A DNA stretch of 63,084 nucleotides, filler included, from Octopus bimaculoides (lineage: Eukaryota), in the NCBI RefSeq assembly GCF_001194135.2. It is 4 parts of 4 records of this genome, joined end to end, with 100 filler letters (N's around TTAATTAATTAA, not from the genome) between each part and the next. Parts side by side here need not be neighbours in the genome. Positions count along the whole stretch, not along the records: positions 1 to 19,221 come from NC_068999.1; positions 19,322 to 45,627 come from NC_068989.1; 2 more parts are not named here. One strand, written 5' to 3'. Numbering within the stretch: position 1 is the stretch's first letter; every line of letters begins with the position of its first letter. Shown piece by piece: positions 13,819 through 26,178 of this stretch. The notes beneath the pieces are model-generated. The model was not told where the DNA came from, did no database searches, and was given only the letters and a program-made list of their open reading frames with translations. Position numbers and translations under genes: made by a program.

Positions 13819-15063
13819 AAAACGTGTAGCAAACATATAAACATTTTTCTTCTCTTGTACATTGTAAACCCAGTTCTCTGATGGACGTTGTCAGTGTTTT
13901 GACCACAGTTGCTTCTGTATAAAAGAACAGATAATTCAATACGTGACCTTCAGTAAGGTACGATCCTCAAGAAAATCATGCACTTATGTCCGCTGATTCA
14001 CGAACGTTGAAACACCATAAATCATCTCCTATATTCTATTTTGTCTAATTATGTTACGTCTTCGATGGTATATGTACCATTCAGATGTTATCTATAATGC
14101 AGTGAAATGTTCCCTCTCACAACTTACAAGGCTTTGTCCCTCTTTTAGAAATCAATATTCGTCTAGTCACATTAATATATACGATGTTTTGCAGACGAAT
14201 GTATATATATTATTAAAGGATGATGAGTTACCTATACTGTTAATAGTTGTTAATAATAGAAATGAGTCAGTCGTGTAGCTTGTATTTATATTGCAGTCTC
14301 AAGTGACGTAAGTGAATTGACATAAGTAATCCAGATGATAGAAAGAAGAATCATATACACCCATAACAGAGCGCAGATTAAATGTGATAACCTAGTAACG
14401 TTAGTCGTTATTAAACTATATACTTCGTCTTACATTTATTGTTATTTCTTGAAATGGCATCTCAGACAACCACATAAGGAAAAATATAAGGAAGAAATGA
14501 AAACTGCAATGTGAAACATCAGTGAAAATTTTAGGAGAGTGCTATGCTGAAATCTTGTACAGGTTTAAATTTGGTTGAAAAATCGAGGACGGTTATTCTA
14601 GATGGTGGATTTACGAGATAGAATTAAAATCTGAATTTCCATGAAATCACACCGTACAGCTTTAAATAAGAAGGTACGCACTCAATGTTTTAAAAATTGA
14701 TAAAATTGACCAGATGCGAGATTCTCACGGCAGGAATGTCGTTGGCGGAATGACTTACCAATCAAAATTAGTGTTAATTTACGCGATAAGAACAGTATCA
14801 TATTTCATAGACAAACAAGGGAAGCTGGAAAAGCGAGGGACATATTGGATAATATAAGTACACGATTACATTTACACAAAAGAACAATGTACATACAGTA
14901 TAAAATATTCACGTGCAATGACACACACATGTATCATATATGTGTGTATATATATTTATATGTACACATGAATATGTGTACGTGCATATATACCTATAAA
15001 TAAAACCATGTAAAAATATTGGGCTGAAAATCTCTTTGGAATAAAAATTGCTGTACACGCCAG

Positions 15064-15065
<2 letters not shown>

Positions 15066-15131
<66 letters not shown>
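15066..15131. repeat. Pure (TA)n microsatellite
   Basis: Directly visible. Confidence 0.98.
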
Positions 15132-15134
<3 letters not shown>

Positions 15135-16073
15135 GAAAAAAACCCGTTACATACAATCCACAAAAAAGCTGTTCAATATAGGAATACAAAAAAGATTCAC
15201 AAGATAGCTTGAAAAGACAGAGTGAGAAAGAAGAAAGAAAGTGAGAAGAAAAAAGTAGTGAGAGAGAGAGAGAGAGATAGGAGAGAGAGAGAGAGAGAGA
15301 TAGGAGAGAGAGAGAGAGAGAGAGAGTGGGAGGGAAAGTGTGAGTGAGGAAGAATAAATAACATTGACAGAAAAAGAAGATAAAAACGAACGCATGAAAT
15401 AATGAGGATTATAACAAAAAAAAGATCTAAATGAATGAAAAGTATACAGATTTGTGTATAGTAAGGTAACGGACAATCTCGCTGACTGACATATAAACTG
15501 ACGGTGTGATTGACTCAACAATTGCTATTTACAATTGATTAAAACTACAATAACATTTGTTAAACAAAAGAGCGAACGCTTTCATAAATTTGTTAGACTA
15601 CATAAAGACGTTCGTAAAAGGCATAAAACAAAACGTGAAGTGAAATGTCTCACACATAAAAGCGCACACATACACGCAGGTAGATAGGTGCACAGACGCA
15701 CACGTATTCACGCTCGCGCGTGCGTATCGGTGTATGTACGCTCGCACACATATACGCACATGGTGGAATTACATACGCAAATATACTAATTCATTCATTC
15801 ATTCATTCATTCATTCATATAAACAAACATATGACTGGAAGAAACATCAATAGAAACTGAAAAAAAGTTGAAATATGTTCAACCGAATTTCCATTAAAAA
15901 TAAAACAGGACGAAATATGTATATGAGTGTGTATACACACACACTCACATACACACATACAAACACACACACACCAACACATTTGTTCAAGTATTCACAC
16001 CCATACACATTTATACGAGTCTCTGTGTATCTATATTGATATATATATATACGTGTGTCTATATGTATGTCTG

Positions 16074-16108
<35 letters not shown>

Positions 16109-17237
16109 CTCTATCTGCGTTTCTATGTATCCCATGTATCTATCTATCTGTCTATCTATCTAATTATATATATATATGTGCATATATATATGTATATATG
16201 TATATATATATATATGTGTGTATATATATATACATATATATATATATGTATATATATGTATATATNNNNNNNNNNNNNNNNNNNNNNNNNNNNNNNNNNN
16301 NNNNNNNNNNNNNNNNNNNNNNNNNNNNNNNNNNNNNNNNNNNNNNNNNNNNNATATATACATACATATACATATATAATTATATATATATATATATATA
16401 TACATATTTACATATACATATATAATATACATATATATATATTTATATATATATACATATATATATACACGCATACACACACACATACGTATATGCGCGT
16501 ATGTTTGTATGAATGAATACATATGTATATATATATCAATGTTCGCAAGTGCTTGTTCTTGGTATGTAGGTATACAGACTCCGAACACACTAATGTAATT
16601 ATAACGTATCAGAGACAAAAGTCTATTAAAAAAACACAAAAAAACAAAACAAAAAAAAAACAAGAAAACCGAAGAAACGAAAAAAAAAAGTAAAAAAAAA
16701 AGCTATTAATACGCTGAAAAAGCAACCATTCTACATAGTTCTGACTTCCATCGTAACTAAGTTACCGAATATTAGACCTCGGGTTCTCGACCATTATGTT
16801 TAACATGTGTTGAAATGATTAATATATTTTTTGAAGCTCAAACTGTACTGCTTGTCTATTGTGGCGTGATCAATGCTGTATTGTATGATAAATCGTTGTG
16901 TTAAATTATGTGTCTGTGTTCCTGTATATGTAAGTATATTTAAATGTCTATCGCTGCCTTGCGCTAAATGTATGTATGCCTACATATACCTATGTATGTA
17001 TGTGTGTATGTATGTATGTATGTATGTATGTATGTATGCAATTGTATGTATCTATGTATACATGCATGCCTGTCTGTGTTTCTCTCTCTCTCTCTCTCTC
17101 GCTCTCTTTCAATCTCTCTCTCCTTCTCTTTATATTACTCACACGCATATATATACACATGCATTCACACGCTGACACAAACATGTGCGTACCATATATC
17201 GTGCACGTATACATACATACACACATACATACATATA

Positions 17238-17269
17238 TATTGAGGACAAATAGCTGTCAAATGTAAATA

Positions 17270-17275
<6 letters not shown>
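17238..17275 (+). repeat. Short tail fragment of the hammerhead-bearing repeat
   Basis: GAGGACAAATAGCTGTCAAATGTAAATAATGTA resembles 51830-51862. Confidence 0.6.
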
Positions 17276-17305
<30 letters not shown>

Positions 17306-17932
17306 NNNNNNNNNNNNNNNNNNNNNNNNNNNNNNNNNNNNNNNNNNNNNNNNNNNNNNNNNNNNNNNNNNNNNNNNNNNNNNNNNNNNNNNNNNNNNNN
17401 NNNNNNNNNNNNNNNNNNNNNNNNNNNNNNNNNNNNNNNNNNNNNNNNNNNNNNNNNNNNNNNNNNNNNNNNNNNNNNNNNNNNNNNNNNNNNNNNNNNN
17501 NNNNNNNNNNNNNNNNNNNNNNNNNNNNNNNNNNNNNNNNNNNNNNNNNNNNNNNNNNNNNNNNNNNNNNNNNNNNNNNNNNNNNNNNNNNNNNNNNNNN
17601 NNNNNNNNNNNNNNNNNNNNNNNNNNNNNNNNNNNNNNNNNNNNNNNNNNNNNNNNNNNNNNNNNNNNNNNNNNNNNNNNNNNNNNNNNNNNNNNNNNNN
17701 NNNNNNNNNNNNNNNNNNNNNNNNNNNNNNNNNNNNNNNNNNNNNNNNNNNNNNNNNNNNNNNNNNNNNNNNNNNNNNNNNNNNNNNNNNNNNNNNNNNN
17801 NNNNNNNNNNNNNNNNNNNNNNNNNNNNNNNNNNNNNNNNNNNNNNNNNNNNNNNNNNNNNNNNNNNNNNNNNNNNNNNNNNNNNNNNNNNNNNNNNNNN
17901 NNNNNNNNNNNNNNNNNNNNNNNNNNNNNNNN

Positions 17933-17979
<47 letters not shown>

Positions 17980-17996
17980 TATTATTATTATTATTG

Positions 17997-18212
17997 AAGG
18001 CGGCGTGCTGGCAGAATCGTTAGAACGCCGAGCGAGATGCTTAGCAGTATTTCATTTATCTTTACGTCCTGAGTTCGAATTCCGCCGAGATCGACTTTGC
18101 CTTTCATCCATTCGGGGTCGATAAATTAAGTACCAGTTTCATACTGGGGCCAATCTAATCGACAGGCCTCCCTCCCCACCTAATTTCAGGCCTTCTGCCT
18201 ATCGTAGAAAGG

Positions 18213-18245
<33 letters not shown>
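17997..18245 (+). mobile_element. tRNA-derived SINE family B with Deu/Nin-like central domain
   Basis: AAGGCGGCGTGCTGGCAGAATCG head, GAGTTCGAATTCC B box, GACTTTGCCTTTCATCCATTCGGGGTCGATAAATTAAGTACCAG core, (ATT)n tail. The Deu/Nin likeness is from memory. Confidence 0.85.
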
Positions 18246-18246
18246 G

Positions 18247-18374
18247 ACATTATTTGCATTCGACTGGTATTTGTCCTCATCGCGTTTGTTGTTAACACAA
18301 CCTTTTGGCAGATATACCCTCAGGTGCCTTAGGGAAATTTCGTACCTGTGTTCTCATTCCTAATGTATTTTTCG

Positions 18375-18447
<73 letters not shown>
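18247..18447 (-). mobile_element. Degenerate copy of the hammerhead-bearing Penelope-like terminal repeat with (AAT)n
   Basis: Reverse complement aligns with 51715-51860, but the CTGATGAAGGCTG core is deleted. Confidence 0.8.
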
Positions 18448-18450
<3 letters not shown>

Positions 18451-18474
18451 AATTACTGTAACATAAAACGTTGA

Positions 18475-18640
18475 ATTTGAAGAATCGTTAGCATGCCTGG
18501 CAACATTTTCAGCAGCATTTTGTCTGTCTTTACATTCTGAATTCAAATTCAACCGAGATCGACTTTGCCCTTCGTTTTTTTCTGGATCGATGAAATAGGC
18601 AGCCTTCTCCAAAATTTCAGGCAGTATGCTTTTAGAAGAA
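18475..18640 (+). mobile_element. Diverged SINE family B fragment
   Basis: GAATCGTTAGCATGCC...GAATTCAAATTC...GATCGACTTTGCCC. Confidence 0.65.
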
Positions 18641-19180
18641 AAGGTTTTGATCGTTGTTGTTCTTGTTGTTGTTTGTACGGTTGTTTTAGTAGAATAATGA
18701 AACAACGAAACCAGGTAGGAGCGAAACAAAGAAAAATAAAAGAGCCAAGGTGGCAAGGCATTCGCGAAACATACCTAAATATATACTCCCAAACCAATTC
18801 ACACGTAGGCAAAGATAGCTGCGGAAGTTGCGCGTGTATACGCATAAGCATTCTCGTGTGTGCTTGTACATATATATATATATATGTGTGTCTCTGTGTG
18901 CGAGTGTGTGTTTTGTGTGTGCGTGTAACACTCAAACACCACTTCAGAGCTTGGTTGCTATTCAATTTCTGATCAATTGACATTTGACATAGCATCTCGA
19001 TTAAGTTGAGTAACGGGTGTCTATTTATCAATGATCTGAGAAATGTAAAGAAAGAAAATATTTAAACACGATATAACAGCCAGAACAATGATAAAGAAAA
19101 CCACCGACAACAACTGTTAGACCAAAGACACCATGAAAATAAACAGGACAACGGCAACAACAACAAAGGCCAATGGTATC

Positions 19181-19221
<41 letters not shown>

Positions 19222-19321
19222 NNNNNNNNNNNNNNNNNNNNNNNNNNNNNNNNNNNNNNNNNNNNTTAATTAATTAANNNNNNNNNNNNNNNNNNNNNNN
19301 NNNNNNNNNNNNNNNNNNNNN
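19222..19321. other. Assembly join spacer N44-TTAATTAATTAA-N44
   Basis: Exactly 100 bp with a six-frame-stop 12-mer at 19266-19277; identical structure at 45628 and 58814. Confidence 0.95.
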
Positions 19322-19330
19322 GCTCGTTGG

Positions 19331-19722
19331 TTGCACATTGCATGTAGTTACATCAAGAGACAAGCAGAGGGGGAGAGTTGGAGTGACAAGGTAGGAGAGG
19401 CGACGGTGGCGATGATGCGGGAAATCCTGGAGAGAACGAGAGCGGAAGACCCGGTTAGAGGAAACTGGTATGTGCCCAAGACGGAGTGTGGGACGGTTTG
19501 GTGTGATGCTAGCAGTATAGCGATAGGGGTTGTGTTGGAGATCGAAGGTGCTGAGGTGGAGGATGCGGCCTGGCTACGGAATGCAGACGACTTCAACCAC
19601 ATCAATGTCGCTGAACTAGATGCGGTGCTGAAAGGGGTGAACTTGGCCCTGAGATGGGGACTGCGCTCGATCGAGATCCGGACGGATTCGGCCACCGTGG
19701 TCAGCTGGGTAGGAACAGTAAT
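19331..19722 (+). pseudogene. Retrotransposon Pol fragment: RT connection plus RNase H
   Basis: Open frame with WCDASSIAIG, HINVAELDAVLKG and IRTDSATV, giving the D/E/D catalytic residues of retroelement RNase H; truncated by gaps on both sides. Confidence 0.85.
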
Positions 19723-20525
19723 NNNNNNNNNNNNNNNNNNNNNNNNNNNNNNNNNNNNNNNNNNNNNNNNNNNNNNNNNNNNNNNNNNNNNNNNNNNNNN
19801 NNNNNNNNNNNNNNNNNNNNNNNNNNNNNNNNNNNNNNNNNNNNNNNNNNNNNNNNNNNNNNNNNNNNNNNNNNNNNNNNNNNNNNNNNNNNNNNNNNNN
19901 NNNNNNNNNNNNNNNNNNNNNNNNNNNNNNNNNNNNNNNNNNNNNNNNNNNNNNNNNNNNNNNNNNNNNNNNNNNNNNNNNNNNNNNNNNNNNNNNNNNN
20001 NNNNNNNNNNNNNNNNNNNNNNNNNNNNNNNNNNNNNNNNNNNNNNNNNNNNNNNNNNNNNNNNNNNNNNNNNNNNNNNNNNNNNNNNNNNNNNNNNNNN
20101 NNNNNNNNNNNNNNNNNNNNNNNNNNNNNNNNNNNNNNNNNNNNNNNNNNNNNNNNNNNNNNNNNNNNNNNNNNNNNNNNNNNNNNNNNNNNNNNNNNNN
20201 NNNNNNNNNNNNNNNNNNNNNNNNNNNNNNNNNNNNNNNNNNNNNNNNNNNNNNNNNNNNNNNNNNNNNNNNNNNNNNNNNNNNNNNNNNNNNNNNNNNN
20301 NNNNNNNNNNNNNNNNNNNNNNNNNNNNNNNNNNNNNNNNNNNNNNNNNNNNNNNNNNNNNNNNNNNNNNNNNNNNNNNNNNNNNNNNNNNNNNNNNNNN
20401 NNNNNNNNNNNNNNNNNNNNNNNNNNNNNNNNNNNNNNNNNNNNNNNNNNNNNNNNNNNNNNNNNNNNNNNNNNNNNNNNNNNNNNNNNNNNNNNNNNNN
20501 NNNNNNNNNNNNNNNNNNNNNNNNN

Positions 20526-20826
20526 GTAGGGGTGAACGTGATCTTTAAGATCAGGGTGGCGTGTGGTATGACGTCAGTGTCTGGGGAGGCTGACCGGAAG
20601 GGCGAGTTGACCGGAAGGGGAAAAAGGGCAGAGGGAGCCTCGATCGGGATTCGTGCCCTTTTCGAATGGGGTTGTGGTCAGGACAAAACATGTTAAGCGA
20701 CGGTCTAGGTTTGGGAGAGGCAGCTGCTATTCCTGGTGTACTTTGGGTCGGGGCAAGCTTCAAGGATTGGATACCGCAAGACAGACTCGCAGTCGAGGAG
20801 AGGAAAACCGAGGTAAGGCGATTACA
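20526..20826 (+). repeat. Probable 3' LTR
   Basis: Begins GTAGGGG just after Ns (the T is missing) and ends GATTACA, giving TGTA/TACA termini; abrupt GC-to-AT change after 20826. Confidence 0.65.
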
Positions 20827-20951
20827 TCTACTAGTACGCACACACCACATATAACCTCCACAATAAATGATTAGAAGTTTTTTTTTCTAATTTTAATGTT
20901 ATTTGAAAATGTTCTTCATAATTTATTGAATCTATTTTATTTACTATTCAG

Positions 20952-21096
20952 ATATCGCCGTAGTGTCAATTCAGATTACAGAAGTCGCATAATCAGTCAC
21001 TATATATGGCCATGTCTTTTCCTTGGTTCTTCTTTGGCCAGTAACCGGAAAGTTATTTACCAAGGTGAAGCTGAAACTCGTAGTACAGTTGATCAG
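20952..21096 (+). CDS. Internal coding exon of an unidentified host gene: (x)YRRSVNSDYRSRIISHYIWPCLFLGSSLASNRKVIYQGEAETRSTVDQ
   Basis: Acceptor TTTACTATTCAG at 20951 and donor CAG|GTAAGA at 21097; 145 nt, phase 2 to phase 0; open, non-repetitive frame. Protein not recognised. Confidence 0.7.
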
Positions 21097-22549
21097 GTAA
21101 GACTTCAGTTAGGAACATAAATAATTATACTGTTTATGTAATGAAAAGAAATTTATTGTAAACAGTCGTAAACATTTTTCTTCTGACACTCTTCACTATT
21201 TTTTTAAACTAATAGCTTCATAACTAAATGCACCTCCCAGTCTAGTACAATGAAGGTAGCTTCTCAACTAGCCATCACCTTCAGATTATCGTTATAAGCA
21301 TCCCACACTTATATCAGAGGCAATCTTGTGCCCCACTGTGCCTGACCATACTATTACCTGGTAAACTGCAAAAGTCATGGAAATGCAGCCATAGTGATGC
21401 AACTTGTCTAGGTTGTTGGGTAATCCAAACAAACCCAATAGTTTATTAAAGGGTTCTGCTTTAACTACATGGAGGACATGTGGATCCTGCATTTATAGTG
21501 AATGTAATTCAACTAGAGAATAGTAACTGAATGAAAACTGATACACTGTAGAAAGGAGACTTTAGTCTTGACAGGCACCCACTCTACTGCTGGTGGTACG
21601 ATAAAACCATGTTACCAAATGTTTGTCTGTCTGTCTATCTGTCAGGACTCTCATGAGTTTTGCTGCTAACATGGAATCTAGTACAACCAGTTGCATGTTC
21701 GGGTCACTGGCAATTAAATTGGAACCCCCACCAAGCTAGCTTGGTGAAGAACATTGCTAGAAAATCCACCAGGACTAAAAACAAGACCTGTAAAAAGGAT
21801 AGATGAACCCAGAGTAAGTTTGACAACTATCTCGCAATATCATAGGCATTCATAAATTCCAGGTTAGTGTCTGGCATGCTGGAAGACCACTGAGAGTGAG
21901 GTACTTCTCAGCTTTTGCTAAAGAATATCTCTGGGAGAAGGTCACTCTGATGTAAAATCAGATGTACAGGAATGGCTGGCATTGGACACTTTAAGAATCT
22001 TTTGCACTTAAGATCAGAGTGTTCTCACATTCTTGAACCCGTGATCCATATTAGCACTAGATGTCTTGCCTTGGTTTGTCACTGGATCATGTCAATATGG
22101 TGGTGGAGTGTATGAGGTGTGCAAACCTTATGGAGCCAAAAAATTTTGCTCAGGCATTGCTTTGTCAGTGATGGTCATACTCATCTATGAGTTGATAGCC
22201 GTCATGTAAGTGTGTATGTATGTATGTATGATTAGAATGGTCTTTGTTGGTCAAGAGTTAACATTCATCATGTACATATGTGGGCATGTATGTGCCGACA
22301 TCTTTGTTTACATTTGTGTTCCACAAAAGTTACTGGCTATCTGTGATTTTGTTGTCATCACTTCTGTCAACAATCATCTGCTTGCTTCACAGCTTTTCAA
22401 GACATGTGAAATAAAAGATCCCTTTATTGAAACATAGGTAAGGGTTTGTGACGGGAAAGTCATCCAACTGTAAAACAGTACATCAATAGTATATTTGTTT
22501 AGCTATGACTGCATGGAAAAAAGGCATAAAAATGAATGTGTGTGTGCAT

Positions 22550-22782
22550 GTGTTACTGTCTCCTTGCCTTGACTTCCATGTGATAGTTGTAAATAGGTGT
22601 CACAGTGTCCTTTGTTTCCAGTCTTCTGTGAAAACATGTCTGGTCATGGGGAATATTACCTTACTTGAAAACAGGTGAGGGACAAGAAGGGCATCTGACT
22701 GTTGAAAATCTGCCTCAGCAAATTCTGTCCAACCCACGAAAGCATGAAAAAGTGGATGTTAAATAATGATGATGATGATGAT
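22550..22782 (+). mobile_element. SINE-like repeat 3' part with RTE-type tail
   Basis: AAGAAGGGCATCTG...TCCAACCCACGAAAGCATG...GTTAAA(TGA)n resembles the RTE 3' ends in this window. Confidence 0.6.
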
Positions 22783-22794
22783 TATATATATATA

Positions 22795-23655
22795 TTTTGA
22801 GCGTGGCCGTTGCCAGTACCGCCTGACTGGCCTTCGTGCCGGTGGCACGTAAAAGCACCCACTACACTCTCTGAGTGGTCAGCGTTAGGAAGGGCATCCA
22901 GCTGTAGAAACTCTGCCAATTGGAAATATGCTGTGCGTGAGAAGACCTGGCAAGCCAAGTGAGACCTAAATCTAAGGCCTCAGTCTGTCCACTTATGCGT
23001 ACATTCCTTCCTTCATTGGACACTAAACTCCACTTGTGAAGACCTGTTGAAGCAAGTGAAATCGAAATTGAGTTAAATTGGACACTAAACTCCACTTGCG
23101 AAGACCTGTTGAGGCAAGTGAAATCGAAATCAAGTTAAATTTGACACTAAACTCCACTTGCGAAGACCTGTTGAGGCAAGTGAAATCGAAATCNNNNNNN
23201 NNNNNNNNNNNNNNNNNNNNNNNNNNNNNNNNNNNNNNNNNNNNNNNNNNNNNNNNNNNNNNNNNNNNNNNNNNNNNNNNNNNNNNNNNNNNNNNNNNNN
23301 NNNNNNNNNNNNNNNNNNNNNNNNNNNNNNNNNNNNNNNNNNNNNNNNNNNNNNNNNNNNNNNNNNNNNNNNNNNNNNNNNNNNNNNNNNNNNNNNNNTC
23401 TTGTGCAGGTGGCACATAAAATACACCATTTTGAGCGTGGCTGTTGCCAGTACCGCCTGACTGGCCTTCGTGCTGGTGGCACGTAAAAAGCACCCACTAC
23501 ACTCTCTGAGTGGTTGGCGTTAGGAAGGGCATCCAGCTGTAGAAACTCTGCCAAATCATATTGGAACCTCGTGTAGCCATCTGGTTTCACCAGTCTTCAG
23601 TCAAATCGTCCAACCCATGCTAGCATGGAAAGCAGACGTTAAACGTTGATGATGA

Positions 23656-23660
<5 letters not shown>
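22795..23660 (+). mobile_element. RTE-clade LINE 3' UTR composite with internal tandem repeat and (GAT)n tail
   Basis: Shared 3' end GGAAGGGCATCCAGCTGTAGAAACTCTGCC...CCCATGCTAGCATGGAAAGC..GTTAAACG(ATG)n; related UTR sequence follows RTE ORF2 ends at 43392-43965 and 56262-56880. Confidence 0.8.
23015..23193 (+). repeat. 62-bp tandem repeat (about 3 copies, runs into a gap)
   Basis: Units start at 23015, 23077 and 23139: ATTGGACACTAAACTCCACTTGCGAAGACCTGTTGAGGCAAGTGAAATCGAAAT. Confidence 0.95.
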
Positions 23661-23691
<31 letters not shown>

Positions 23692-24103
23692 GAATAAGAT
23701 AGGGTCAACAAGGAGGAGTACAGTTGGACAATTATTTTTTAATCACTACAAATGTTTCCATACAACATAGTTCTTCATATATACAGGAATTTAATTATGC
23801 AATGGTTTACCTGTATAATGGGATCCAGTTGTATTTCTTCAGATGATATTCAATTGCTGTCTCTGTTAGTTACAAAACCTTCGACTTTGATGCTAACACA
23901 TCCATCTGCCTTGTTTTAATTTAGTAGATGCTGGCAGTTTGATTCTGCTTGCTGTTAAAGTGCTTTTGCATGCCTGCTATGACTGGTATTGGATGTATTG
24001 CCTGTTTATTTTGTTCTGCATGTTAGGCTGCACATGTGAAATTTTATTATCTGATCTTCAGTATTCATTGGTTCAGAGACACCCACACACTCTCCCATAT
24101 AAA

Positions 24104-25325
24104 TAGGGTGCATAAGATATTTGAGGACATAATTTTTGGGGGTCATTGCTGCATTTTTTGCTAACTCTGTATAATCTTTGTTTCAGAAAATAATAATGGC
24201 AGACCCTCAGCTTACTCAAGAAATGAAGAAACATAGGCTGAGCATAGTGATTTAGAAATATCTCGATCTTTAAAAGTTGCCAGATCTTTCATCTACAAAG
24301 TTTGTAAGGAGCTAGAGACTGAAGATGGAAAAGTATCTCCAGTATCAAAGCACAAAAAGCATTCTAAATTCTCTGAAATCATCAGAACACTTGAATTTAT
24401 CCAGCAAGTTCAATAGATCATTGATTACAATCTCAGAAAGTCCATGAGGTGAATTGCAAAAGATCTCCATGTGTTAGAAGGAACAGTCAGAAATGTTGTC
24501 CACGAAGACAACAGATATAAGTCTTATATGATGAGGTAAGGTCAAGTTGTCAGAAAAAGCAAAAGAAAAATACTACATCAAATCTACATGGCTCTCAAAC
24601 AAACTGAAAAATCCAGTAGAAGATTTGATTTGGCTTTTCTCAAATGAGAAAAACTTCAACCAAGATCAAAAAGTTAACAGAAGAAATGACAAATGGTTAT
24701 GTGCAGACCCTTCTGAAATTCCAAGTGTTATGCATACAAAATTTCTTGCAACTGTCATGGTTTTAGGGGTTGTCAGCAATGAAGGACATGTGATGCCTCC
24801 TTACTCCTTTCCACAAGGCCTTAGAGTTAACTCTGCCGCCTACAAATAATTAAGCCCTGGATAGACAGTGTATGCAATGGAAGGTCATATGTGTTTCAGT
24901 AAGACTCTGCACTATTACACATGGCTCTAGTAACACAGGAGTGGATGGCTGAAAATTTTCATGATCACACAACCCCTAACATTTATCCTTCTAATTCTCC
25001 AGATCGCAATCCATTGGACTATTACATGTGGAGCATTGTTGAGAGTGAGGTCAATGAACAGGCCAATAACACCAAAGATTCTTTGAAAGTTGCCATAGTC
25101 AGAGTAACGTCCAAAACAAACCAGGACTTCTTGATTCAAGCATTTAGATGCTTTAGATCTCATATAGAAGCAGTTGTTGAAGCTGAAAGTGGCTTTATTG
25201 AATAACATTACAGAAAAGGTTTATTTTTATCCTCATAGCATTTTTTGATAAATAAAGTTATTATCTGTTATTATATATGTTTTTTTATAAACATGAATCT
25301 GTCCTCAAATACCTTACGCACCCTG
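24104..25325 (+). mobile_element. Tc1/mariner DD37D (maT) transposon, near full length, decayed
   Basis: TIRs TAGGGTGCATAAGATATTTGAGGACA / TGTCCTCAAATACCTTACGCACCCTG, with TA on the right; motifs FSNEKNF, VFQ*DSA and SPDRNPLDYY; 37 residues between the second and third D (counted); stops and frameshifts. Confidence 0.92.
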
Positions 25326-26178
25326 TATATTCATGTATATATGCTCATATACACACGCAGATACACTCACATATACCTTCATACATATACAATCACTTAC
25401 ATATGTAATATATTCACATACATATACATCTCTAGGCATCCCCATATATATACATATATATGCATACTTATATACATACACCAATCAACAAATACATGCA
25501 CAGACATACATTTATTTACATATATGTATGTACTTAGGTATATTTTTAGGCACTCCTATACATATACATATGGGATGAGAAGAACGGAGTGGGGGACTGA
25601 ATTATAATTATTATTTTTATACATCTTGAAAATGTATACTTGGTGTAGTGATTACACCTTGGAACTTTCTCGTCATGCTTGTTTACCAGGTTCTTATTAC
25701 TCAGCAGTATACTCAATGCTTCCTCAAGGCTAAGGTCACATTTACCAGACTGCAAATTACATGGGTGTGCATTTTTTATTATTGACCATTTTATTTCATA
25801 TTTAATTTTTGATTCTTTCAGTCTCCATATTAGGTCTGCCAGTGAAGTTGTGTTATTTTATTGAATGACGAGATGTAGTGGCGATAACGGACATTGAATT
25901 GGTTTTCCGAGGTACCTATGTATGCATATCTATGTTGGGATGTGGAGATTGTGCATTTGTATATTATGTTTTTTAGACACATTGGTTCATGAGCGCACAA
26001 GCAGATTTTCTACGGCATATGCAGTTATTTGTACTATTATTATGTTTATGTTTATCTGGTAACTTTTTGATTCTGTTTTCATGATGTTCTATTTGATTGT
26101 TAGTGTCTAAAGCATTCTGGAATTGGCTGTCTTTTTTGTTGGATCTTTTTTGATGATTCATTCTAATTTTATTGCCTC

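Larger units (their letters stand above)
19322..20826 (+). mobile_element. Ty3/Gypsy-type LTR retrotransposon fragment (pol, gap, probable 3' LTR)
   Basis: GC/CpG-rich; RNase H-coding segment followed after a gap by a 300-bp segment [T]GTAG...TTACA. Confidence 0.75.

Noticed and set aside
1-17996. Dozens of ORFs rich in YI/CV/HT/LS or poly-X in the ORF track
   Set aside because: Translations of microsatellites and N gaps; no coding signal.
19266-19277. TTAATTAATTAA palindrome as a homeodomain-binding site
   Set aside because: Scaffolding spacer with stops in all six frames, repeated identically between N44 runs.
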